DNA of 40,618 nt from Oscillospiraceae bacterium (GTDB lineage Bacteria > Bacillota > Clostridia > Oscillospirales > CAG-272). This document shows, one piece after another, positions 8,607-19,294 of the stretch (its first letter is position 1; every line of letters starts with the position of its first letter). The notes under the pieces are model-generated. The model worked only from the letters and a program-made list of their open reading frames with translations, did not search any database and was not told the DNA's origin. A program made the position numbers and the translations under genes. The stretch spans positions 1 through 40,618 of the forward strand of contig SVQS01000002.1 of assembly GCA_015065205.1 (NCBI GenBank). Reading direction: 5' to 3'.

Positions 8607-10829
8607 ATGAACGATACTGTGCACACCGATATTTCAAAATTACTCGGAATGTTACAGGCAACCGAAAAGAAATATGATACTGAGAAAATAACGCTGGCCT
8701 ATGAATACGCAAAAGAACTTCATCAGGGACAATTCCGTGCCAGTGGCGAACCTTATATCTCGCACCCCATTGCCGTAGCCGAAATTGTTGCAGGTTTGGA
8801 ATTGGATACCGATTCCATTTGTGCCGCACTCTTGCACGATGCAGTTGAGGATTGCGCCGAGAAGACAAGTTTGAAAGAAATTGAAAAACAGTTCGGTGCT
8901 CCCGTTGCCATGCTCGTTGACGGTTTGACAAAAATCGTCACTTTGCAGGTGGAAGACAAAGAAGAGGCACATATTGAAACGCTGCGTAAGATGCTTCTTG
9001 CGATGTCACGTGATATTCGTGTTATCTTCATCAAGCTGTGCGATAGACTCCATAACATGAGAACACTCGCTGCCAAGCCGGACCCCAAACGCCGCATGAC
9101 GGCTCTTGAAACGATGCACGTTTATGCGCCCTTGGCGCACCGTCTCGGTATGCAACGCATTAAATTGGAGCTTGAAAACCTCAGCCTGCAATTCCTCGAT
9201 CCTATTGGATATGAGGAGGTTCGTCAGCATATCAACGATAAATATGGCGAAAATCAAAACTTTTTAGAAAAAATTCAGGCAGAAGTTGGCGGACGAATGT
9301 CCGAAAACGAGATTCATTACACCCTTGAGGGACGTATTAAATCCGTTTATTCCATCTACAAAAAAATGTACAATCAAAATAAGTCCTTCGACCAAATCTA
9401 CGATTTTTACGCCCTTCGTATTATCGTAGAAACGGAATTAGAGTGTTATACTGCACTTGGTCTTATTCACGAAATGTACAACTCTATCCCGGGCCGTTTC
9501 AAGGACTATATCTCCACGCCAAAGCCCAATATGTACCGTTCTCTCCATACAACGGTTATCGGGCGTGACGGTATTCCGTTCGAGGTACAGATCCGTACTT
9601 GGGATATGCACCATATTGCAGAATACGGTGTGGCGGCACACTGGAAATACAAATCCGGTGCTTCCTCTAAGGAAGAGCTCGATAAGCGTTTGGAGTGGAT
9701 TGCACGCTTAATTGAAACAGAGGATGAGCAACGCGATCCCGACGAATTTATGAATGCGCTCAAAACCGATATCTTCCACGATGAGGTCTTTGTTTTTACC
9801 CCCAAGGGTGACGTATTCGCTTTGCCGAACGGCTCCAATGTTATCGACTTTGCTTATGCCGTTCACTCAAAGGTGGGGGAGCGTATGATTGGCGGTAAGA
9901 TCAACGGTATGATCGTTCCCATCGATCGCACGCTGAAAAACGGTGAAATCGTTGAAATTCTGACTTCATCTTCCTCTAAGGGCCCAAGCCGCGATTGGCT
10001 TAACATCGTGAAAACCAGTGCCGCTCGTTCAAAGATCCGCGCTTGGTTCAAAAAAGAGAAGAGAAGCGAGAATATTGTTGTTGGTAAATCGGTTGTAGAA
10101 GGAGAAATTAAAAAGTATCGCAAGAACTCTACCGAGGCACAAAGAGAAGAAATCATTACAACCATTAGCGCACACTATGGATTCAATTCTCCCGATGATT
10201 TTTACAATGCTATCGGTTATGGCGGCTTGATGCTTTCCAAGTTTGCCAAACGTTTGCAGAATGAATGTGAAAGAGTTATCAAGCCTGAGGTTGAACCTAC
10301 ACCTGCACCTGAAGCAATTCCGGTTCCCATTACGACCAAACCCAAAAACATCAAATCCGACAGCGGTATCGTTGTGGATGGAGAGATGGGCTGCATGGTC
10401 AAATTTGCAAAATGTTGTAACCCCTTACCCGGTGATTCTGTTATTGGTTTTGTTACCAAGGGCTTTGGCATTTCCATTCATAAATTGGATTGTCCAAACG
10501 TGATTCAAGGCAGAAAAAATACCGAGAACGCAACGCGTTGGAAAGAGGCACATTGGGAAGGTGCTGTTGAAAGCGGACGCAGTAACAGCATCTATGAGGC
10601 TCTTTTGCAGATCTACGTAGATGACCGCATCGGTATGCTTGCTGATATTACCGCGGCACTTGCCGATATGCGCGTGTCTATTTTGCAAATCAACGTAACG
10701 CCGCGTACTGATTCGGCTTACGTTATCAATATGAAGGTCGGATGTCGCAACATCGACCACTACAATTCTATTGTTTCTCGCTTGCGTGGTTTGCAGGGGG
10801 TAGACAATATATTGCGCGGATTTTCTTAA
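8607..10829 (+). CDS. relA: Bifunctional (p)ppGpp synthetase/hydrolase RelA/SpoT (Rel)
   Basis: HD hydrolase (ISHPIAVA, LLHDAVED), synthetase (YRSLHTTV, EVQIRT), TGS (VFTPKGDV) and C-terminal ACT-like region. Confidence 0.92.
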   Translation: MNDTVHTDISKLLGMLQATEKKYDTEKITLAYEYAKELHQGQFRASGEPYISHPIAVAEIVAGLELDTDSICAALLHDAVEDCAEKTSLKEIEKQFGAPVAMLVDGLTKIVTLQVEDKEEAHIETLRKMLLAMSRDIRVIFIKLCDRLHNMRTLAAKPDPKRRMTALETMHVYAPLAHRLGMQRIKLELENLSLQFLDPIGYEEVRQHINDKYGENQNFLEKIQAEVGGRMSENEIHYTLEGRIKSVYSIYKKMYNQNKSFDQIYDFYALRIIVETELECYTALGLIHEMYNSIPGRFKDYISTPKPNMYRSLHTTVIGRDGIPFEVQIRTWDMHHIAEYGVAAHWKYKSGASSKEELDKRLEWIARLIETEDEQRDPDEFMNALKTDIFHDEVFVFTPKGDVFALPNGSNVIDFAYAVHSKVGERMIGGKINGMIVPIDRTLKNGEIVEILTSSSSKGPSRDWLNIVKTSAARSKIRAWFKKEKRSENIVVGKSVVEGEIKKYRKNSTEAQREEIITTISAHYGFNSPDDFYNAIGYGGLMLSKFAKRLQNECERVIKPEVEPTPAPEAIPVPITTKPKNIKSDSGIVVDGEMGCMVKFAKCCNPLPGDSVIGFVTKGFGISIHKLDCPNVIQGRKNTENATRWKEAHWEGAVESGRSNSIYEALLQIYVDDRIGMLADITAALADMRVSILQINVTPRTDSAYVINMKVGCRNIDHYNSIVSRLRGLQGVDNILRGFS

Positions 10830-10849
10830 AAACAAAGGAGTGTTTCCCA

Positions 10850-11308
10850 ATGAGAGCTGTAATTCAACGCGTCACAAGCGCGTCTGTTGAGGTCGACGGT
10901 CAAATTGTCGGCTCCTGCCAAAGAGGATACTTGATTTTGCTCGGGGTTGCCGAGGGAGATAGTGAAATGGATGCCGAATTGCTTTGCCGAAAAATTGCGG
11001 CCCTGCGTATCTTCCGCGACGAAAATGACAAAATGAATCTTTCCATTCGTGATATCGACGGTGAAGCTCTCGTTATTTCACAATTTACACTCCTGGCAAA
11101 TTATCGTCATGGCAACCGCCCTGACTTTTTGGCCTCAGCCAAGCCGGATGAGGCTAACAGACTCTATGAATATTTCAAAGACCTCCTCTCGCGCGAGCTT
11201 CGCCGCGTAGAGTGTGGAGTGTTTGGTGCAGATATGAAAGTGAGTTTAACAAACGACGGCCCCGTAACCATTTGCATGGACAGTGAAGTACTGAAAAAGA
11301 AAAAGTAA
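10850..11308 (+). CDS. dtd: D-aminoacyl-tRNA deacylase
   Basis: MRAVIQRVTSASV..., SQFTLLA, NDGPVTI motifs. AAGGAG RBS. The ORF-track start 10742 overlaps relA and is rejected. Confidence 0.92.
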   Translation: MRAVIQRVTSASVEVDGQIVGSCQRGYLILLGVAEGDSEMDAELLCRKIAALRIFRDENDKMNLSIRDIDGEALVISQFTLLANYRHGNRPDFLASAKPDEANRLYEYFKDLLSRELRRVECGVFGADMKVSLTNDGPVTICMDSEVLKKKK

Positions 11309-11320
11309 GGGAATGCTTTT

Positions 11321-12820
11321 ATGAAACTAATACTTGACGGAAACATCAATTCGTACTATATCCAAACGCTCTGCATGATTTTCTTCCCGGGGGAGAAATT
11401 CGGTGTTGCCGAGCAGCTTGATCCGAATAGTCCCGAGCTCTACATTCGCCTTTGTGAGCACGACGACGGTGTCGAGACCTATGCTCGCATTACTGTAAAC
11501 GGTAAGAGTGCATCCGCGGAGAAGTACTATACCTATTCTGCCGATTACGGCAAGGATAAAACGGTAAAGCTTGCTTGCGGTGCCGTTGTAATTGCCGTTT
11601 GCGGTGAAATTATGGGCTATCGACCTGCGTGGGGAATGCTCACAGGCGTTCGTCCTTCAAAGGTAGCAACCGAACTTTTGCAGGTGGGACTTAGTAAAAC
11701 ACGTGTAAAACGCATTCTTACGGGAGAGTATTTTGTTATTCCCAAAAAGGCTGCTCTCGCAACTGAGGTAGCTCTCAATGAGCAAAAGCTCATTGGAACA
11801 CCGTCTCCCAAGGATTGCAGCGTTTATATCTCTATTCCATTTTGTCCCACAAGATGTTCTTATTGTTCCTTTGTTTCTTATACCTCACCAAAGCTCCTTC
11901 AGCTCATCCCGGAGTATTTAGAGCATCTTCTCTTGGATATGGAGTACACCTTTAAAAAGATAAAAGAACTTGGACTGCGTATTGCCACCGTTTATATTGG
12001 CGGTGGAACACCTACCATTCTCACGGCAGATCAATTACGCGTTCTCCTCTCCAAAATTGCAGAATTGACCGATGTTTCCGCACTTGAAGAGTACACACTT
12101 GAGTCCGGTCGTCCCGATACCATTACGGCAGAGAAGATGGCTGTCGCAAAAGAATACGGGGTTACACGCGTTTGTGTCAATCCGCAGTCGATGAGTGATT
12201 CAGTACTGGAAAACATCGGTCGTTCACACACCGCAGAGGATTTCTTGCGTGCATACGATATCGCTAGAGACTCCGGTATTGCAAATATCAACACCGACCT
12301 AATTGTAGGACTTCCGGGGGATAATTTTAAGACCTTTTCATCAACTTTTGATAAAATTCTCTCGCTTCGTCCCGAGAACATTACCGTACATACCTTCTGC
12401 ATCAAAAAAGCGGCAGAAATTCTACGTCAAGGCAACAATGTTTATTCCTTGCGTGGTGGCGATGCCGGTAAGTGTGTAGATTATTCTCAATTAAAAGCAC
12501 AAGAGGAGAACTATCTGCCATACTATATGTACCGTCAGAAGAACACCGTTGGCAACCTTGAAAACGTAGGATTCTCGCTTGAGGGATGTGAGGGACGCTA
12601 CAATGTTTATATGATGGAAGAGGTACATCCCATTTTTGCCCTTGGCGCAGGTGCTGTCTCCAAAATGGTTGATTATCACCCCAAAAAGGGAGGGAAACCT
12701 GTAATCGAAAGACTTTTTTATCCAAAATATCCTTACGAATATTTGCGTGATGAAAGCACGCAGAATAAGTTATTGGCGATGGAAGAATTCTACACTCGCC
12801 GCGAACTTTTGGATGACTAA
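11321..12820 (+). CDS. hemZ: Radical SAM coproporphyrinogen-dehydrogenase-like protein (HemZ type)
   Basis: 499 aa. CxxxCxxC radical SAM motif CPTRCSYCSF. A long N-terminal extension typical of HemZ, and the relA-dtd-hemZ order common in Firmicutes. Confidence 0.75.
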   Translation: MKLILDGNINSYYIQTLCMIFFPGEKFGVAEQLDPNSPELYIRLCEHDDGVETYARITVNGKSASAEKYYTYSADYGKDKTVKLACGAVVIAVCGEIMGYRPAWGMLTGVRPSKVATELLQVGLSKTRVKRILTGEYFVIPKKAALATEVALNEQKLIGTPSPKDCSVYISIPFCPTRCSYCSFVSYTSPKLLQLIPEYLEHLLLDMEYTFKKIKELGLRIATVYIGGGTPTILTADQLRVLLSKIAELTDVSALEEYTLESGRPDTITAEKMAVAKEYGVTRVCVNPQSMSDSVLENIGRSHTAEDFLRAYDIARDSGIANINTDLIVGLPGDNFKTFSSTFDKILSLRPENITVHTFCIKKAAEILRQGNNVYSLRGGDAGKCVDYSQLKAQEENYLPYYMYRQKNTVGNLENVGFSLEGCEGRYNVYMMEEVHPIFALGAGAVSKMVDYHPKKGGKPVIERLFYPKYPYEYLRDESTQNKLLAMEEFYTRRELLDD

Positions 12821-12838
12821 AAACAAGGAATTATTCTG

Positions 12839-14128
12839 ATGAAAACAATTATTAAAAACGCAACCCTGCTTGCCGAAACAGGATATGGAGAGGGGAATTG
12901 GTGCCTAACCATTGAAGACAAGCGTATTGCAAGCATTACAAAAGAATTGCCCGATACAACGGGGGCTACTGTGATAGATGCCAAGGGAAACTTGCTCATA
13001 CCCGGCTTTTATAACGCACACTGTCATGCCGCTATGACGCTTTTTCGCGGTTACGGAGAGGATTTACCTTTGCAGAGATGGCTTGAAGAGCGCATTTTTC
13101 CTGCCGAGGATCGCTTAAACTATGAAAATGTAACGGTTGCCACCAAACTTGCAATTGCAGAAATGATCAAAGGTGGAATCGTATCTTTCTCAGATATGTA
13201 TATGTTTGAGGATGCAGTAGCCGAAGTGGTGCTCGAAACAGGCATTAAGGCAAATCTATCTCGTGCACTCGTGTCTTTTTCTCCCGATGCTAATATCGCC
13301 ACTGACAACCGTTTCAAAGAAGCGAAAGCACTCGTCGAAAACTATCAAAACGCTGATGATGATCGCGTAAAAGTTGATTTTTCCTTGCATGCAGAATATA
13401 CCAATCTTCCGCACTACATAGCGCAAGTCAGTGAATATACCGCAAAAAACGATTTGCGTATGCACATTCACCTTTCCGAGACCGAAAAGGAACACAACGA
13501 GTGTATTACTCGCCACGAAAAAACACCTGCAAAGTTGTTTTATGATCTGGGCGCTTTCAATACACCCACACTTGCCGCTCATTGCGTTTGGGTGAGTGAC
13601 GAGGACATTGCAATGCTTGCGGAAAAAGGTGTTAGCGTGGTACACAATCCTGTTAGCAACCTCAAACTTGGCAGTGGCGTGATGCCGCTGGGTAAAATGC
13701 TTTCTGCCGGCGTGAACATATGTTTGGGAACAGACGGTGTTGCTTCCAATAACCGCTTGGATATTCTACGCGAAATGCAAACGGCGGCTATTTTGCACAA
13801 GGGTATTTTGCTTGACCCCACCGCTACCACTGCTTCGCAAATGCCAAAGCTTGCCACGCGTAACGGAGCACTTGCACAAGGGCGTGAGGACTGCGGTGAG
13901 ATCCGTATCGGCGCGCGCGCAGATTTGGTGCTGATAGACCGAACATCTATTCATAATATGCCTTGCTTTGATGACTACGCAATGCTTTGCTACAGTGCAG
14001 AGCGCAGTGATGTCCTCATGACAATGGTCGATGGACGCATACTTTACCAAAACGGAACGTATACTCTTATTGATGAAGAACGCCTACGCTATGATGCGCA
14101 AAAGGTGTTTGCTCATTACTTTGATTAA
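12839..14128 (+). CDS. mtaD: Amidohydrolase, 5-methylthioadenosine/S-adenosylhomocysteine deaminase-like
   Basis: 429 aa. HxH metal site (NAHCHAAMT), LHIHLSET, and GTDG...SNN motifs of the MtaD/chlorohydrolase family. Confidence 0.7.
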   Translation: MKTIIKNATLLAETGYGEGNWCLTIEDKRIASITKELPDTTGATVIDAKGNLLIPGFYNAHCHAAMTLFRGYGEDLPLQRWLEERIFPAEDRLNYENVTVATKLAIAEMIKGGIVSFSDMYMFEDAVAEVVLETGIKANLSRALVSFSPDANIATDNRFKEAKALVENYQNADDDRVKVDFSLHAEYTNLPHYIAQVSEYTAKNDLRMHIHLSETEKEHNECITRHEKTPAKLFYDLGAFNTPTLAAHCVWVSDEDIAMLAEKGVSVVHNPVSNLKLGSGVMPLGKMLSAGVNICLGTDGVASNNRLDILREMQTAAILHKGILLDPTATTASQMPKLATRNGALAQGREDCGEIRIGARADLVLIDRTSIHNMPCFDDYAMLCYSAERSDVLMTMVDGRILYQNGTYTLIDEERLRYDAQKVFAHYFD

Positions 14129-14145
14129 CCGTGAGGTAAAGAACA

Positions 14146-15789
14146 ATGAACACAAAGTCGAACACAACCAAAAAAGTCTTCTTTTCGGGAGTTTTACTTT
14201 TGACAGTCTCAACAATTTTGGTCAAGGTTGTCGGCTTGTTTTATAAAATTCCCATGCTCTCGTATCTTGGTTCCGAGGGCATGGGTTATTTTCATTCTGC
14301 TTATGAAATTTACGCTGTTTTTTGTATCATTGCAACAGCGGGACTTCCCGTGGCACTTTCTGTGCTTGTTTCCGCAGCTTTGGCGGAAGGTAAAGAGAGG
14401 GAAGTAGAGCGCATTTGGCAGGTGTCACTTACGCTCTTTGTAATCATTGGTCTTTTGGGAAGTATTTTAATGTGGGCACTTGCGCGTCCCATTTGCAGAT
14501 GGATCAAAAGCGAGGATGCTCTGGGGTGTATTATATCGATCGCACCAACGCTTTTCTTTGTTTGCGTTTCTTCGGCAATTCGAGGATATTTTCAGGGATA
14601 CCAAAAAATGATGCCGACTGCCGTATCGCAATTATTGGAAGCTCTTGGCAAGCTTGTATTTGGTTTGTTGTTTGCGCATATTGCTTTGATACGAGGTGCG
14701 AGTGTACCGCTTCTTGCCGCTGCGGCCGGATGGGGTGTGACAGCAGGAACTGTTCTATCGACACTGTATCTTGTATTGGAAAGATTGCGTTTTCACAGAA
14801 AAAGTAGTGTTGTTAAAGCAGAAATTGATTTACCGCGACGCAGATATTCGGTAGAAAAGAATCTATTGCACATTGCTTTGCCGATCACGCTTGGCTCTTT
14901 TCTTATCAGCCTAACAAAAATAGTTGATATGAGTATGATATTGCGACGTTTGCAAGCCATTGGATATACGTCTGCCGAAGCAAATGAAGCATACGGTAGC
15001 TATACAACGCTTGCGATATCGGTTTTTGCTCTTTTACCAACCCTGCTCAACTCTATCGCTTTACCGCTTATACCGATTTTATCCTCTGCCATAGCAGGAG
15101 GGGATAAGGCAACCGAGCACAAGATGATAGAACTTTCTTATCGCATCAATGCACTCATAGCAATTCCGGCTTCTATTGGCATCACTTTATTTGCCAAACC
15201 GATTCTTTCGCTTTTGTTTGGCGGTCAAATGCAAGCAGTAGAGATAGCCGCGCCTTTGCTTTCATTATTGGGAATATCCGTCTTTCTTTCCTGTATGATA
15301 ACGGCTACAAATTCTGTTTTGCACGCATACAGAGAAGTCAGAAAGCCAATCTACTCTACGCTCGCAGGTGTTGTAACAAAGGGAATTACGGCGTATATTC
15401 TCATTGGAATTCCTGCCATCGGACTTTGGGGTGCCCCTATTAGTAGTTTTTTCTGCAATGCCGTTATCGTGACGCTGAATATGTATTTCGTTAGTAAGTT
15501 TTGCGCCCAAATCGATGTCAAATTACTTTTTGTTTATCCTACACTTCTGGGACTTCTTACAGTTGGAATCGGATACGGAGAGTATTTGTTCCTTTGCAAC
15601 CGTTATGGAGAAAAGGCGTTGACTACACTCATTTCTATGGCAACGGCGGCACTTTTGTATCTTGTTTTGGGATGCTTGTTCGGGTTGATATCGGAAGAAG
15701 ACATTTCTGCGCTTCCAATGGGGAAGAAGATTTGCAGTATTTTGTGGAAATTGCACCTTTTGTCGAGAAATGAATTGGAAAAAACTTAA
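14146..15789 (+). CDS. MOP-superfamily flippase (YabM/SpoVB/MurJ-like polysaccharide or lipid II flippase)
   Basis: 547 aa, about 14 predicted TM segments. It sits upstream of yabO-yabP-yabQ-divIC, as yabM does in Bacillus. Confidence 0.7.
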   Translation: MNTKSNTTKKVFFSGVLLLTVSTILVKVVGLFYKIPMLSYLGSEGMGYFHSAYEIYAVFCIIATAGLPVALSVLVSAALAEGKEREVERIWQVSLTLFVIIGLLGSILMWALARPICRWIKSEDALGCIISIAPTLFFVCVSSAIRGYFQGYQKMMPTAVSQLLEALGKLVFGLLFAHIALIRGASVPLLAAAAGWGVTAGTVLSTLYLVLERLRFHRKSSVVKAEIDLPRRRYSVEKNLLHIALPITLGSFLISLTKIVDMSMILRRLQAIGYTSAEANEAYGSYTTLAISVFALLPTLLNSIALPLIPILSSAIAGGDKATEHKMIELSYRINALIAIPASIGITLFAKPILSLLFGGQMQAVEIAAPLLSLLGISVFLSCMITATNSVLHAYREVRKPIYSTLAGVVTKGITAYILIGIPAIGLWGAPISSFFCNAVIVTLNMYFVSKFCAQIDVKLLFVYPTLLGLLTVGIGYGEYLFLCNRYGEKALTTLISMATAALLYLVLGCLFGLISEEDISALPMGKKICSILWKLHLLSRNELEKT

Positions 15790-15797
15790 AAAAGGAC

Positions 15798-15826
15798 TTG
15801 CAGAAGTGCAAATAATATGATAAAAT
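15798..15826 (+). promoter_or_regulatory. Candidate sigma-A promoter for yabO
   Basis: TTGCAG (15798-15803), 17 nt spacer, TAAAAT (15821-15826). Confidence 0.4.
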
Positions 15827-15859
15827 AATGGTATAAAATTATTATCGAAGGAAAAGACA

Positions 15860-16102
15860 ATGAGACTTGATAAATTTTTGAAGGTTTCGCGCATTATTAA
15901 ACGCCGCACTGTGGCAAACGATGCCTGCGATGCCGAGCACGTAACGGTGAACGGCAGACGCGCTAAAGCGTCCTATGATGTTAAAGAAGGTGACGTTTTG
16001 GAAATCACCTTTGGTCAAAGAACGCTGAAGGTGCGTGTTCTTGATGTCAAGGAGCACGTCGCCAAGGCAGATGCGAGTGCTCTTTACGAGGTCATTTCGT
16101 AA
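15860..16102 (+). CDS. yabO: S4-domain RNA-binding protein (YabO/Hsp15-like)
   Basis: 80 aa. MRLDKFLKVSRIIKRR... S4 motif, and synteny with yabP/yabQ. Confidence 0.8.
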   Translation: MRLDKFLKVSRIIKRRTVANDACDAEHVTVNGRRAKASYDVKEGDVLEITFGQRTLKVRVLDVKEHVAKADASALYEVIS

Positions 16103-16105
16103 CAC

Positions 16106-16134
16106 TCATATTTACGTGTCCTTATGCATACGTT
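16106..16134 (+). promoter_or_regulatory. Sigma-E-type (mother-cell sporulation) promoter upstream of yabP
   Basis: TCATATT (16106-16112), 14 nt spacer, CATACGTT (16127-16134). Compare the Bacillus sigma-E consensus ZHATAXX-14-CATACAHT; yabP-yabQ are sigma-E dependent in B. subtilis. Confidence 0.5.
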
Positions 16135-16164
16135 TATAATAAAACGTTGCAAAGGAGCAAATTT

Positions 16165-16461
16165 ATGAATACCGAGAATAAGCAAATTGAGAATAAATTG
16201 CATTGTCTGACGGTTCGAAACAGACAAGGTGCACAGCTTGAAGGTGTGTTAGGAGTCATACGTTTTGACGAGAACGAGGTTCTCCTCGAAACAGTTTGCG
16301 GAACACTCTCCATTGACGGAGAAGGGCTGCATTTGAGTGAATGGAATGCGGAGCGCGGTTTAGCGGCCCTTGAAGGGCGCGTGGATGCGGTCACTTATTT
16401 TGATAAAAAGCATGATGAAGCCAAAACGCATAGCGGACTCTTTGGAAAGCTGTTAAAATAA
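16165..16461 (+). CDS. yabP: Sporulation protein YabP
   Basis: AAGGAG RBS 8 nt upstream of the ATG at 16165. About 98 aa with LTVRNRQ...LEGV..V..FDENEVLLET..G.L.I.GEGLH pattern. Confidence 0.8.
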   Translation: MNTENKQIENKLHCLTVRNRQGAQLEGVLGVIRFDENEVLLETVCGTLSIDGEGLHLSEWNAERGLAALEGRVDAVTYFDKKHDEAKTHSGLFGKLLK

Positions 16462-16464
16462 CCG

Positions 16465-17100
16465 ATGCAACTCTCTCAATCAGCACTTTTTTATCTTTGT
16501 TGTGCGTCCTTTTTGGCAGGGCTTATGCTATCCCTCTTTTATGATATTCTTTTTTGTACGCGCATTTGGCTGATGCCATCGCAAATTCGTTACAACGTTC
16601 CCGCAATCCAAAAAATACGTGCTTTACGTATCAAAAAGGGAAGTGCAAAAAAAACAAAAGGATTACCCGTAGCGCTTTTCTTTGGGGATGTTCTTTTTTG
16701 CATTGTGAGCGCACTTACACTTATTCTTCTGTTGTATTGGTTGAACAACGGTGCCTTTCGTGCTGCGGCGCCCTTGCTTATGGCGGTAGGTTTTTTTCTG
16801 TGGCATATTAGCGTATCGAAAGGGATTCGCATTGCCTTGCAGTGGGTTGCTTTTGGGTTAGAAACGCTTATTAATACTCTTTGTGCACCCCTCAAACGCC
16901 TATTTGTTTGGATTGCAAGAAAGCACAAGAAAAATGCCCAAATAAGACACATAAAGCGTTGCGAAAAGCAACGAGAAGCTTATACAAAGCAAGAGTTACA
17001 AAACATTGCAAAAGCTGCACAGAGGCTTTTGCCAATTGATGCAAAAAACAGGATGAAGAAAGGAGACGGCCATGCAGGGCAAAACAAAAAAGCAGTTTAG
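16465..17100 (+). CDS. yabQ: Spore cortex biosynthesis protein YabQ
   Basis: 211 aa membrane protein immediately after yabP. Size and position match YabQ. Confidence 0.65.
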   Translation: MQLSQSALFYLCCASFLAGLMLSLFYDILFCTRIWLMPSQIRYNVPAIQKIRALRIKKGSAKKTKGLPVALFFGDVLFCIVSALTLILLLYWLNNGAFRAAAPLLMAVGFFLWHISVSKGIRIALQWVAFGLETLINTLCAPLKRLFVWIARKHKKNAQIRHIKRCEKQREAYTKQELQNIAKAAQRLLPIDAKNRMKKGDGHAGQNKKAV

Positions 17101-17497
17101 CCTGAGCCTTTTAGTGCGTATTTTTCTCGGTCTTTTGGTCATTATCTCCATCTGCATTTTTGCTCGCAGTATCATGCAATACAACGAGCTAAACCGCGAA
17201 GCGCAAGCGCTTGAGGACGCACTTAATGAACTTGGCGAGACCCGTGCGCGTTTAATTGAAGATCTCGGCTCTGCCGATGAGCTCAACCGTATTTTGAACG
17301 ATTATCAAGCCTATAAAGAGCTGATAGAAGCGGATACTGCAACCTCGGATGCTTTGGCAGAATATCAAACACAGTTAGACATTATCCGAGAACTTTTGAA
17401 GTCCTCAAAAAACAAGGATTACATCGTAAGAATTGCAAAGGATGAGTTAAACCTATACTTTGCAGATGAAGAAATTATTTATAACGATATCGACTGA
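17072..17497 (+). CDS. divIC: Septum formation initiator (DivIC/FtsB family)
   Basis: AGGAGA RBS. N-terminal TM helix followed by a coiled coil (NELNREAQALEDALNELGETRARL). Conserved position after yabQ. Confidence 0.6.
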   Translation: MQGKTKKQFSLSLLVRIFLGLLVIISICIFARSIMQYNELNREAQALEDALNELGETRARLIEDLGSADELNRILNDYQAYKELIEADTATSDALAEYQTQLDIIRELLKSSKNKDYIVRIAKDELNLYFADEEIIYNDID

Positions 17498-17509
17498 GAG
17501 TAAATTACT

Positions 17510-17989
17510 ATGGCAGAAAAGAAAAACGAAGGACATAAAATCATAACTCAAAACAAAAAAGCCTGGCACGAATATTTTGTAGAAGAAAAATACGAAGCCG
17601 GCATAGCGTTGGCTGGTACTGAAGTAAAAAGCGTACGTGCAGGAACTGTCAATCTCAAGGATTCCTATTGCTCCTTTGAAGGCGGCGAAATCTTTGTGTT
17701 GGGCATGCATATCAGCCCCTATGAGCACGGCAACATATTTAACACCGATCCGATGCGCAAGAAAAAACTTTTGATGCATCGTAGAGAAATTATGAAGCTG
17801 CAGGGGTTGGTACAGCAAAAAGGATATACCGTTGTACCTCTTGCGCTTTATTTTTCGGGCAGTCACGTCAAGGTAGAGCTTGGTCTTTGCCGAGGAAAAA
17901 AGCTTTATGACAAACGAGAAAGCGATGCAAAGCGTCAGGCCGACCGTGATATTGACAGACTTATGAAAGACAAATCACATCAAGATTAA
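17510..17989 (+). CDS. smpB: SsrA-binding protein SmpB
   Basis: [30 protein letters not shown]..., and a [10 protein letters not shown]... C-terminal basic tail. Confidence 0.93.
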   Translation: MAEKKNEGHKIITQNKKAWHEYFVEEKYEAGIALAGTEVKSVRAGTVNLKDSYCSFEGGEIFVLGMHISPYEHGNIFNTDPMRKKKLLMHRREIMKLQGLVQQKGYTVVPLALYFSGSHVKVELGLCRGKKLYDKRESDAKRQADRDIDRLMKDKSHQD

Positions 17990-17992
17990 ACA

Positions 17993-18030
17993 AAAAAACG
18001 GTATGGATTCAAAACCCATACCGTTTTTTA
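17993..18030. terminator. Bidirectional terminator between smpB and rhaA
   Basis: AAAAAACGGTATGG-loop-CCATACCGTTTTTT. Confidence 0.85.
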
Positions 18031-18033
18031 TGT

Positions 18034-19284
18034 TTATCTCTTGTTTAAAACATCTTTTTCGTAGTCTATTACAGAATTGAACCAACTCTCATCGCCAATA
18101 GTATTTGCACGTGCACAAAGCTCGTTCCAAACATCACCAACGGGGTAAAGCTTAAGTTCTTCTTGCAGCATCAAAAGTTCCGTAAAAGATTGGCTATCTT
18201 GCAGTTCTTTGAGACGGTCTTGCGGCATCAGAAGAGCCGTAAGAAGCGACTTTTGTACCGAGCGCATACCAATGACCCAAGCCGCAATGCGGTTGATAGA
18301 AGCATCAAAATAGTCGGTTGCCAAAATGACACGGTCGAGTGCATTGTTGCGTACGACCTCTTTCATCATTTCCTGCGTCTCATCGTCATATCTTACAACG
18401 TGGTCCGAATCCCAACGCACACCACGCGTAATATGAAGCGCGATTTTGGGATTGAAGCAGAGAAGGGCGGAAATCTTATCGGAAACAACTTCCGTAGGAT
18501 GATAATGTCCGTTGTCCATCAGGGGAACGATACCGCGCGTCATTGCATAAGAGAGGGCAAATTCGGCAGAGCCTGCTGTATAAGACTCCAAACCGATGCC
18601 AAACACCTTTGATTCGAGCGTTACATAAACAAGATTTTTATCGTAACCGCAACCAAGAATTTGGTCAAGAGAATCCATAAAGCGCATACGGGGGCCGAGA
18701 CGGTCAGCGGGAATATCTTTGAATCCATCCGGAATCCAAATGTTCATCAGGCAAGGGAAGCCTGTTTCGCGTGCAAAATATTCCGATATGCGAATACAGG
18801 CGATACCGTGACGAATCCAAAATGCGCGAATTTCTTCATTTGGGTTGGTAAGGGTTCCGTTTTCTGCCAAAGGATGGGAAAAATAGGTGGGATTGAAATC
18901 AAGGCCGATGCCGCGTTCCTTTGCAAAAGCAACCCATTTGGCAAAATGCTCTGGCTTAATGGCGTCACGGTCAGCAATTTTTCCGTCTTCATAAATGCCG
19001 TAGCAAGCATGAACGTTGACCTTATGCTTACCTGGGATGAGGGAGAAGGCCTTGTCGATATCCTGCATCAGCTCGTCGGGGGTATGTGCGGCTCCGGGGT
19101 AGTTACCCGTAGCTTGAATACCGCCGGTCAGCTCACCGGAGTTTTCAAAGCCTTTGACGTCATCGCCTTGCCAGCAGTGCATCGAGATGGGAATATTCAG
19201 CATTTTTTCAATTGCTGCTTCGGTATCAATGCCAATAGCGGCATATCTTTCTTTGGCTATTTGATAAAGTTCCTTTTGTGTCAT
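18034..19284 (-). CDS. rhaA: L-rhamnose isomerase
   Basis: 416 aa. SMHCWQGDDVKGFE and downstream blocks typical of RhaA. AAGGAG RBS. Confidence 0.9.
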   Translation of the reverse strand: MTQKELYQIAKERYAAIGIDTEAAIEKMLNIPISMHCWQGDDVKGFENSGELTGGIQATGNYPGAAHTPDELMQDIDKAFSLIPGKHKVNVHACYGIYEDGKIADRDAIKPEHFAKWVAFAKERGIGLDFNPTYFSHPLAENGTLTNPNEEIRAFWIRHGIACIRISEYFARETGFPCLMNIWIPDGFKDIPADRLGPRMRFMDSLDQILGCGYDKNLVYVTLESKVFGIGLESYTAGSAEFALSYAMTRGIVPLMDNGHYHPTEVVSDKISALLCFNPKIALHITRGVRWDSDHVVRYDDETQEMMKEVVRNNALDRVILATDYFDASINRIAAWVIGMRSVQKSLLTALLMPQDRLKELQDSQSFTELLMLQEELKLYPVGDVWNELCARANTIGDESWFNSVIDYEKDVLNKR

Positions 19285-19294
19285 AATTCACTCC

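Noticed and set aside
17990-18033. Looked for tmRNA (ssrA) next to smpB
   Set aside because: Only a 38-nt bidirectional terminator lies between smpB and the convergent rhaA. There is no tRNA-Ala-like 3' end or tag reading frame.
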